This document shows, one piece after another, positions 37,215-44,758 of a DNA stretch of 64,000 nucleotides. The stretch's first letter is position 1, and every line of letters begins with the position of its first letter. Source of the DNA: Thermoanaerobaculia bacterium (GTDB lineage: Bacteria; Acidobacteriota; Thermoanaerobaculia; Multivoradales; Multivoraceae); contig OY761158.1 of the NCBI GenBank assembly GCA_963664405.1, positions 3,552,001 to 3,616,000 on the forward strand, in the 5' to 3' direction. Below the pieces are notes generated by a model. The model saw nothing but the letters and a program-made list of their open reading frames with translations, searched no databases and had not been told where the DNA came from. Position numbers and translations under genes: made by a program.

Positions 37215-37559
37215 ATGAACGTCGTTCAGGAGACCGTTGGAGAGGTGCTCATCGTCGGGCCCGAGGGCAAGCTGGACGCGAACAGTGCCAGGGACCTGGA
37301 AGAGATGCTACAAAGCGCGATCGACAAGGGATCGATGAAGATCCTGGTCGATTGCTCGGCGCTCGCCTATATCTCGAGCTCCGGCCTTCGCGTGATCCTA
37401 AAAGCCGCCAAGAGACTGAACGGCGCCAACGGAAGAATCGCGCTGTGCCGGCTCAGCGACAATGTTGAGAAGGTCTTCCAGATCAGCGGTTTCAGCACTG
37501 TCCTTGATATCGAAGGCAGGCGTCAAGACGCGTTGGAGGCCTTCTTCCCAGCAGGCTAA
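37215..37559 (+). CDS. STAS-domain anti-sigma factor antagonist (RsbV/SpoIIAA-like)
   Basis: GKLDA, LAYISSSGLRV, VFQISGF; ATG at 37215. Confidence 0.93.
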   Translation: MNVVQETVGEVLIVGPEGKLDANSARDLEEMLQSAIDKGSMKILVDCSALAYISSSGLRVILKAAKRLNGANGRIALCRLSDNVEKVFQISGFSTVLDIEGRRQDALEAFFPAG

Positions 37560-37578
37560 GCTCCAGGTCGGCTGCCGT

Positions 37579-39306
37579 TCAGTGATCGAAGCTTAGAAGG
37601 AGACTGACCTCGTCATCTTGCCTCCTTAGGTCGACCTTATTGGCGTAGTGCCGAAGGAGCAGTCCGGGAAGGCCACTCAGTTCACTGGGGTCGGCCTCGA
37701 GCAGCTCGGCCTCCGAAGGCTGCCTGGTTGGAAGTGGTAACGGTTCCCCTCGGTAGCGGATGTCCGCTGAGATTTCCAGCTCGTCGAAGCTCAAGTCGAT
37801 CTTCACGTCGTCCTGGACCAGCTCGAGGTCCGAGGCCGCGTCCATGAACTCGGTGAGGGCTGCGTTGACCCGATAGATAACGTCGCTTCGCGCACCCCAC
37901 TTGCCGCCTTCGTCTTCGGTAAAGCGCGAAACCTTCTGGGTCGCGTCCGGACCGACGCATAGCTGCAGGGAAGCGCGCTTGGCAATTCCAATTCTGAACA
38001 GCAGGTTGAGCGTCAGGGCCACGGTTGTACATAGGGCCAGAGCTGATCCTACCAACGGCTCCATCAGGTTCGGCACCTGTCCAAAAGCTTCCGGCGTAAT
38101 GTAGACGCTCAAGCCGGCAATCAGAGAAATACCGACAATGAAAATCTTTCTTGCATCCAACATCCGCGAGGTAACGATCTGCAATCCGGCGACGATCATG
38201 AAGCAGGAGACGTAGAGCAGAATCGCGCCACGAACGGGGCTCGGCATGATCACAAAGAGGATTGCGAGCTTCGGAATGAAAGCCAAGGTGATGAAGATAG
38301 TCCCGGCACTGACGGCGATCCATCGGCTGGTGGCTCCGGTAGCAATGGAGAGGCCCACGTTGCTCGACGAAGTGGACGGTCCCATTCCACCCAAGAAGCC
38401 TGTGAACATAACCCCCAGTGAATCGGCAAGAACCCCCTTCGATAGGGAGCCCATATCGGGTCTTACCCACTCCGAGTTGTTGATCCTTTGACAGGTCGTC
38501 AGGTCCCCGATGCCCTTGAGGCTGGACGCCAGCCCGGCGGCCAGGAACGGGATCACCAACTCAAAGTCGAATGACAGCCCGTCGAACCCCAGAGGGTGGG
38601 GCAGCGCGAAGAAGGGCGCGGAGGCGAAGTCTGCCAGATCTTGTTCCGGCAGGAGATGCAAGCCGTAAGCCGTCGCGAATCCGACCCCCACGCCAATCAG
38701 GAGACTGAATAGGTGTAGCATCCCTCGGCCCCAGACCGAGAGACCGACCATTAGGCAAAAAGTGACCGAGGCGGTCAGGACGACGTCCGCGCGAATAGCA
38801 GAGACTCCTTCGGAGGCACCGAAGAAAGCGGACACGCCAAGCGGGATCAGCACGACGCCCACCATCGCGACGACGACGCCGACAACTTCGGTTGGGAACG
38901 CGGCTCGCATTCGTTGAAGGAATCGCGACAGTATTACCTGGAACAAGCCAGTAACGATTGTCATCCCGTAGAGAAGCGGGAGGCCACCTGTTCTCACCGC
39001 CAACAGCGATGCTGGCAGAAAAGCGGGACCCACCAGCTGGGGGCAGAGATAGCCGGATCCCACACCGAACCGATTCATCGCTTGCAGGATGGTGCCGACG
39101 CCGACCCCAATCATCGACAGCCGGACGACGTTCTGCGCCAGGGATGTTGGCCAAACGGCTGAGGGCAGGACCACCGCCACAAGTACGAGCGTGCTCGACA
39201 TGGCCAAGGTGTGCTGTAACCCCAGCAGTATTGTGAGGGGTAACGGCGGTCGATCCTCGAGCCCATAGGTCAGATTTGCTGGTCTCTTCGGCACGACTGC
39301 TTTCAT
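37579..39306 (-). CDS. NCS2/xanthine-uracil permease family transporter with extra C-terminal soluble domain
   Basis: YGLEDRPP, GLQH, GTILQ, SNVGLSIATG, MPSPVRGA; about 135-aa soluble tail. Confidence 0.88.
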   Translation of the reverse strand: MKAVVPKRPANLTYGLEDRPPLPLTILLGLQHTLAMSSTLVLVAVVLPSAVWPTSLAQNVVRLSMIGVGVGTILQAMNRFGVGSGYLCPQLVGPAFLPASLLAVRTGGLPLLYGMTIVTGLFQVILSRFLQRMRAAFPTEVVGVVVAMVGVVLIPLGVSAFFGASEGVSAIRADVVLTASVTFCLMVGLSVWGRGMLHLFSLLIGVGVGFATAYGLHLLPEQDLADFASAPFFALPHPLGFDGLSFDFELVIPFLAAGLASSLKGIGDLTTCQRINNSEWVRPDMGSLSKGVLADSLGVMFTGFLGGMGPSTSSSNVGLSIATGATSRWIAVSAGTIFITLAFIPKLAILFVIMPSPVRGAILLYVSCFMIVAGLQIVTSRMLDARKIFIVGISLIAGLSVYITPEAFGQVPNLMEPLVGSALALCTTVALTLNLLFRIGIAKRASLQLCVGPDATQKVSRFTEDEGGKWGARSDVIYRVNAALTEFMDAASDLELVQDDVKIDLSFDELEISADIRYRGEPLPLPTRQPSEAELLEADPSELSGLPGLLLRHYANKVDLRRQDDEVSLLLSFDH

Positions 39307-39407
39307 CGACCCATGATCGCGTCTTTCGGTCCCTTAGGATGCACCATACCTCAGCTTTCAGACCAGACGGTTGGTCGTTCTCTGGTATCTTCCAAAGCGA
39401 TCCAACC

Positions 39408-41597
39408 ATGAGCTCGAATGTCCTGGCGGAACTCGCACGCGACGTCGCATCGCCGAAGCTGCTCCCCTCCCTGAGCATCGGGCTGGTGAACGCCCTGATT
39501 CTCGTCATGCTCGAGGTTTCCTTCGCGGCGATGATCTTCTCCGCGCACCCCCACCTTGCCGCGAGAGCGGCCGGCTTGACCCTCTTCGGCACCTTCGTCC
39601 TCTGCCTCTTCATGGCCCTCACCAGCTCCTGTCGCACGGCTGTGACACTGCCGCAGGATGCCCCAACCGCTGCCCTAACCGTCGTCGTACCGGCCGTCGC
39701 CGTCCTCCTGGTCGGCGCATCCGACGATGCCCTCTTCATCACCGTGGCGACCGTGCTGGCCCTCTGCTCGGCCCTCACGGGCATCGCCTTCTGGGCCATC
39801 GGCCGGTTCGGGTTGGCCAACCTCTTCCGGTTCATCCCCTACCCCGTTGTCGCCGGGTTCCTGGCCGGTTCGGGCTGGTTGCTCTCGGTCGGTTCTATCG
39901 GCGTCATGTCCGGTGTTCCGTTGGAGCTCTCCACCCTCGGCCAGCTGGCCACCATTTCGAGTGCCTGGAAGTGGATGTCCGGTGGCCTGTTTGCCGTCTG
40001 CCTGTTCCTGATCATGCGCCGCTGGTCCCACTTTCTGGTCCTGCCCGGGGCACTCCTCGCCGGTGCTGGCCTCTATTACGCGGGCTTCTGGCTGGCCGGA
40101 ATGAGCCTCGAGGAGGCCGAGGCGAACGGTTTCCTGCTCACCGGTTTACCGGCTTCCGGGCTCTGGCCCGCCTTCGGCGCTTCCGACCTCTCGCTCATCG
40201 ACTGGCGGGCCGTGCTCTCCCAGGCTCCCGTCGCCTGCGCCGTGGCGCTGGTGGCCGTCGTCGGGATGCTCCTCAACCTGAGCGGGATCGAGTTGGCCTC
40301 CGGGATGGAGATGAAGCTGAACCGAGAGTTCCGCATGGTGGGACTGTCCAACTTGCTGGCCGGGATGGGCGGTTCCCTCCCCGGCTACCCAGCCCTCTCG
40401 CTGTCAATGCTCGGCCCGGCGGCCGGCGCAGATTCTCGCCTGTCGAGCGTCGTCGCCGCGCTCATCATCGGTGCCATCCTGTTCTTCGGAGGCGGGCTCC
40501 TCGGCTTCTTCCCCCAGCCGCTCCTAGGCGGCCTGCTCCTCGTGCTTGGCCTGTTCTTCCTCTCCGACTGGATCGTCGACACGCGCAAGCGCCTTCCGGT
40601 GGCCGACTACCTGCTGGTCGTGGCCATCGTCCTCGTCATCGGCCTGCGGGGATTCCTCGAGGGCGTCGTCTTCGGCATCGCGGCCACGGTCGTCATCTTC
40701 GTTGTCCGCTTCAGCCGCGTCTCGGTCGTCCACAACAGCTTTACCCTGATCGAGCGCCACAGCCTGAAGCCTCGCCCCATCCCGCAGCTTCACATTCTCT
40801 CCGCAGACGGGGAATCTGCCGTCGTCCACGAACTGTCCGGTTACATCTTCTTCGGCTCCGCCTCGTCCCTCATCGAACGGCTGGGCAAGGATCTGACCGA
40901 GAGAGGCGCCTCTCACGTCCTCCTCGACTTCGCTCGCGTCACGGGCTTCGATGCCTCGGCGGTGAACAACTTCCACCGCTTCATCCTTCGTGTCCGGGAG
41001 GTCGGGGCCCAGCTCGCCTTCTCGGCCACCCCTGCCGCGCTCACCGACGCACTTACCTCGGCTGTTCCCGTCGAGGCCATGAAATCGGTCCACTTCCAGC
41101 CCAGCCTTGACCACGCCCTCGAGTGGTGCGAGGACAGTCTCATTGAGCGGGCCCATCGCCGCATGGGCGAGGGCGGTCAGGACGAGCGCGGCGACCTCTT
41201 CGATCGTTCGGTCGACGGCCTCCTTGAACGGCTGAAGAGTCAGGAGAGCTACGAGGCCCTCCTCTCCAAGCTCCAGCCGTGGCTCGAGCGGCGCCAGTTC
41301 GAGGCTGGAAACACGGTCGTCGAAGCAGACGAGCCCCTCGAAGGTCTTCAACTCCTGATGACAGGAACGGCCACCGAGGTGAGCGCCTCCGGAGAACGCC
41401 TCCGGGTGCTTGATATCGGCGACATAATCGCTCCGACCGCGGCCTTCAGCAAGGTCCGGGTTGCCCACCGGGTCGTAGCCGACAATTTCCTCGTGACGCT
41501 TCTCCTGACCCCGGAGGCTCGGTTGCGCCTGGAGTCTGACGCGGCCGAGCTGGCCCTCGCCCTAGACCGCTACCTGCTCGGCAAAGACCCCCGCTAG
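39408..41597 (+). CDS. SulP/SLC26 family transporter with STAS and cyclic-nucleotide-binding domains
   Basis: PQDAP, FIPYPVVAGFLAG, STAS (LSGYIFFGSA...LDFARVTGFDASA), DHALEWCE, cNMP-like tail. Confidence 0.88.
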   Translation: MSSNVLAELARDVASPKLLPSLSIGLVNALILVMLEVSFAAMIFSAHPHLAARAAGLTLFGTFVLCLFMALTSSCRTAVTLPQDAPTAALTVVVPAVAVLLVGASDDALFITVATVLALCSALTGIAFWAIGRFGLANLFRFIPYPVVAGFLAGSGWLLSVGSIGVMSGVPLELSTLGQLATISSAWKWMSGGLFAVCLFLIMRRWSHFLVLPGALLAGAGLYYAGFWLAGMSLEEAEANGFLLTGLPASGLWPAFGASDLSLIDWRAVLSQAPVACAVALVAVVGMLLNLSGIELASGMEMKLNREFRMVGLSNLLAGMGGSLPGYPALSLSMLGPAAGADSRLSSVVAALIIGAILFFGGGLLGFFPQPLLGGLLLVLGLFFLSDWIVDTRKRLPVADYLLVVAIVLVIGLRGFLEGVVFGIAATVVIFVVRFSRVSVVHNSFTLIERHSLKPRPIPQLHILSADGESAVVHELSGYIFFGSASSLIERLGKDLTERGASHVLLDFARVTGFDASAVNNFHRFILRVREVGAQLAFSATPAALTDALTSAVPVEAMKSVHFQPSLDHALEWCEDSLIERAHRRMGEGGQDERGDLFDRSVDGLLERLKSQESYEALLSKLQPWLERRQFEAGNTVVEADEPLEGLQLLMTGTATEVSASGERLRVLDIGDIIAPTAAFSKVRVAHRVVADNFLVTLLLTPEARLRLESDAAELALALDRYLLGKDPR

Positions 41598-41760
41598 AGC
41601 ACACAGAGGTAGGGCACGAGCTCCCGTTGGACCCTGAGGGCGTGTCGAACACGCGGCGCTCTTGTCACTCGCGGTCCGATGGAGCTTGGTTGCGGTCTAG
41701 GTGCGAGGTAGAGTCTCGAGAGGTCGCCTACGTCGAAAACGCTTTGAAAAGGATCCGGAA

Positions 41761-42498
41761 ATGAGTGGAAGTCTCGAAGGAAAAGTCGCCGTCGTCACCG
41801 GCTCGTCGAGCGGCATCGGCGAGGCGATCGCACGTTTGTTTGCAGAAGAGGGCTGCTCGATCGTCGTCAACTCCTCGAGCTCGGTTGAGGCCGGCCAGGA
41901 GGTCGCATCGAGTCTCCCAGACGCTATCTATGCGCAGGCCGACATAGCCGACGAAGAGCAGGCGAAATCGCTGGTCGAGGCCGCGATCGACAAGTGGGGT
42001 CGTCTCGATGTCCTGGTCAATAACGCCGGCGCTACCCGAGTCATCCCACACGATGACCTCGATGCGGTCACCGCCGAGGACTGGGACCGGATTCTCAAGG
42101 TGAACATCGTCGGAACCTGGTTTGTCACCCGTGCGGCTGCCGCGGCACTCAAGGAGAGTGAAGGCTCGGTAGTCAACATCTCTTCCGTGGCCGGGGTACG
42201 GCCCGGGGGGAGCTGCATACCCTACGCGGTGTCTAAAGCCGGGTTGAACCATATGACCAGGCTCCTGGCCAAGGTGCTTGGCCCGGAGGTCCGAGTCAAC
42301 GCGGTCGCCCCGGGTCTCATCGACACTCCATGGACCGCCGACTGGGACGCGGTGCGCGCGGCCGTCCGTGAGCGCACGCCTCTGGGGCGGTCAGGAACGC
42401 CGGAGGACATCGCCAGGGCGACCTTGTTACTCACCCTATCGCCCTACTCCACCGGCGACGTGGTCGTTGTGGATGGCGGAATGCACCTGGTCGGCTAG
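41761..42498 (+). CDS. SDR family oxidoreductase
   Basis: TGSSSGIG, NNAG, YAVSK, VNAVAPG. Confidence 0.93.
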   Translation: MSGSLEGKVAVVTGSSSGIGEAIARLFAEEGCSIVVNSSSSVEAGQEVASSLPDAIYAQADIADEEQAKSLVEAAIDKWGRLDVLVNNAGATRVIPHDDLDAVTAEDWDRILKVNIVGTWFVTRAAAAALKESEGSVVNISSVAGVRPGGSCIPYAVSKAGLNHMTRLLAKVLGPEVRVNAVAPGLIDTPWTADWDAVRAAVRERTPLGRSGTPEDIARATLLLTLSPYSTGDVVVVDGGMHLVG

Positions 42499-42660
42499 GA
42501 GTTTCATGGCGCCGGCGACGGCGCGCGTCGCCCGTCCCTAAGGCGAACGGGCTCCGTGCTCTGGACGTCGTTCATGCTCTCTGTTTCCCTGTTCGATTCG
42601 GAGGCAGATCTTAGCCTGCGGAAGAGATGAGCCTAAGAATCCTGGGCTAGACTGGTGGGT

Positions 42661-43032
42661 GTGACGGGCATTGTCGATCCTCTCGAACGGCTTCGCTCCA
42701 TCATCGCGGAGTGGCCGGAGACCGACGAGCGGATCTCGCACGGCTCGCCGACTTTCTGGGGCGGCAAGAAGACCTTCGCCAGCTTTCACATCGATCACCA
42801 CGGTGACGGTCGTGTTGCCGTCTGGTGCAAGGCGAGTTGGGACGTCCAGCAGTCGCTCGTAGGTGCCGATCCGGAGGTGTTTTTCATTCCTCCCTATGTC
42901 GGACCGAGCGGCTGGGTCGGCATCGACCTCGAGGGTGAGGTCGATTGGGATATGGTCTCGGGTTTGCTGGAAGAAGGCTATCGAATGGTGGCTCCGGCGA
43001 GAGCGATCAAGCAACTCGAAGGGCGACAATAA
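42661..43032 (+). CDS. MmcQ/YjbR family protein
   Basis: SHGSPTF, HHGDGR, FFIPPYVGPSGWVG, YRMVAP. Confidence 0.85.
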   Translation: MTGIVDPLERLRSIIAEWPETDERISHGSPTFWGGKKTFASFHIDHHGDGRVAVWCKASWDVQQSLVGADPEVFFIPPYVGPSGWVGIDLEGEVDWDMVSGLLEEGYRMVAPARAIKQLEGRQ

Positions 43033-43034
43033 GT

Positions 43035-44582
43035 ATGGACCTGGTCGCACTCGCTGTCATCGTTTTCTACCTCCTGCTGACGACTGTGGTCGGCGGTCTG
43101 CTGGCGCGGCGCAGCACCGGCTCGGACCAGTGGGCCGCGGGCGGCGGTCAGATGGGAGTGTTGATGATTGCCGTCGGCATCGCCGGCACCCGCATCGGCG
43201 GCGTAGGCACCTACGGTGTCGCCGGCGACGTTATTACCAGCGGAATCTGGAATCTCTGGTACGGAGTCAACACCCTCCTGGCGCTGGCGCTGGTCGGCTT
43301 CTTCTACGCCGTTCCCTATCGCCGCCTGCGCCTCCACACCGTTGCCGAGATCTTCTGGGTCCGCTTCCGCTCGCGGCGCTGCCAGGTGCTCACCAGCCTC
43401 TGCGTGCAGACCGAGTACTTGATCGTGAACATCCTCGAGCCCTTCGTCATCGCCTCAATCCTGGTCGGCGTTACCGGAATGCCTTTCGGGGCGGCGGTCT
43501 TTATCGGTGCCGCGGTGCTCATCTCCTACACCGCTCTTGGTGGCCTTTGGGGCTCGGCGGTCACCAACCTCATTCACTGCGTCGTCATGCTCGTTGGCCT
43601 GACCTTGGTGTTACTGGTGGGAGTGGAGCATTTCGGTGGCTGGCCGAACGTCGTCGAGCGTGTCGACCAGGCTCTGGTGTCGAGCGGAGGAATGGATCCT
43701 TCGTCGTGGTGGAGCTTCACCGGAGGCGGGTGGATGGCGGTGATCGCGATGTTCTTCTCAGCCGCGATTCACACTCCCGCGGCCTCCATCTACGTCAACT
43801 TTTCGTCCGCCGCGAAGGACGAAAAGAGCGTTCTGCGGGCGTTTCTATGGGCGGGACTGATCGCGTCCGTCATGCCCCTCCTCGCCGGATCGATCGGTAT
43901 TCTCACTCTGGCCGAGTACGGCGAGGAGGCCTCCGGGAGCGGCTATTCGCTGATCACCAAGCTCGCCACTGAGCTCGACCCGCTGATCGGCGGCATTGCC
44001 CTGGCGGCTGTGCTGGCGGCGGTGATCTCATCGGGTGGACCGATTCTTCTCTCGAGCTCCACTATGTTCGTGACCGACTGGCTCCCGTTCACCAAAGATT
44101 GGGACTCACGAAGAAAGCTCGGTGCCTTCCGGCTGACCACGGTGATTTATGGCCTGGTGGCTGCGACCATCGCCTGGAGGGGGCAGATCGGGTCCATCCT
44201 CGACCTTCTTCTGCTCGGCTTCGCCATGGTGGTCCCTCCCGCGATCACCGTGGGCTACTTGATCTACTGGCGCGCCACGACCGAGAGGGGTGCCTTCTGG
44301 GGCATGCTCACCGGCTACGCAACCGGATTGGCGTGGTACGGCGTCATTCGCTGGGCGGCGTTCGTCGGTTTCGCTGCGCCCGATGGCTCGGGCCCGTTAC
44401 GGCGCCTCTTTCACTGGCTGTTCGTCTTCGAAGGTGAAGGAATCGACCCCTCCTACGCCACTACCCTCATTCCGATCGTCGCGGTGCCACTGATAAGCCT
44501 GCTCACGAAGGAGGTCAGGAGCCCAGAGAAAGACCGGTTCTACGACATCGTCTCCGGCAAGAGAGAACGCCGCCCAGACTAG
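43035..44582 (+). CDS. Sodium:solute symporter family protein
   Basis: About 13 hydrophobic segments; YTALGGLWGSAVTN, LAAVISS, ERGAFWGM. Confidence 0.88.
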   Translation: MDLVALAVIVFYLLLTTVVGGLLARRSTGSDQWAAGGGQMGVLMIAVGIAGTRIGGVGTYGVAGDVITSGIWNLWYGVNTLLALALVGFFYAVPYRRLRLHTVAEIFWVRFRSRRCQVLTSLCVQTEYLIVNILEPFVIASILVGVTGMPFGAAVFIGAAVLISYTALGGLWGSAVTNLIHCVVMLVGLTLVLLVGVEHFGGWPNVVERVDQALVSSGGMDPSSWWSFTGGGWMAVIAMFFSAAIHTPAASIYVNFSSAAKDEKSVLRAFLWAGLIASVMPLLAGSIGILTLAEYGEEASGSGYSLITKLATELDPLIGGIALAAVLAAVISSGGPILLSSSTMFVTDWLPFTKDWDSRRKLGAFRLTTVIYGLVAATIAWRGQIGSILDLLLLGFAMVVPPAITVGYLIYWRATTERGAFWGMLTGYATGLAWYGVIRWAAFVGFAAPDGSGPLRRLFHWLFVFEGEGIDPSYATTLIPIVAVPLISLLTKEVRSPEKDRFYDIVSGKRERRPD

Positions 44583-44743
44583 ACCAGCGTTTCCAAAGTT
44601 CGCGCACATATCTCGGGCCCTTCTGCCCGCTGGCGTCGTTTCGCCTCCTCGACATATTCCCAATATGCCTGCGTCAGCGCGCCTAGCCAGCGAACAGAAT
44701 GACCTCGAGCTATGCAGCACGAACTTTGGAAACGCTGGTCTAG
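44579..44743. mobile_element. MITE-like palindromic element with 24-bp perfect terminal inverted repeats
   Basis: CTAGACCAGCGTTTCCAAAGTTCG ... CGAACTTTGGAAACGCTGGTCTAG; interior also pairs; non-coding, between convergent genes. Confidence 0.75.
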
Positions 44744-44758
44744 AGAACCGCGCCAAGA

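Noticed and set aside
39371-41468. Long alternative-frame and antisense ORFs (579 aa, 314 aa) over the SulP gene, and similar ones over gltA and the T2SS genes
   Set aside because: Expected from high GC3; the translations are R/P/G-rich or antisense mirrors with no domain motifs
41595-41700. CTAG-bounded spacer as another MITE copy
   Set aside because: Only GGTCTAG matches the element end and there is no terminal inverted repeat
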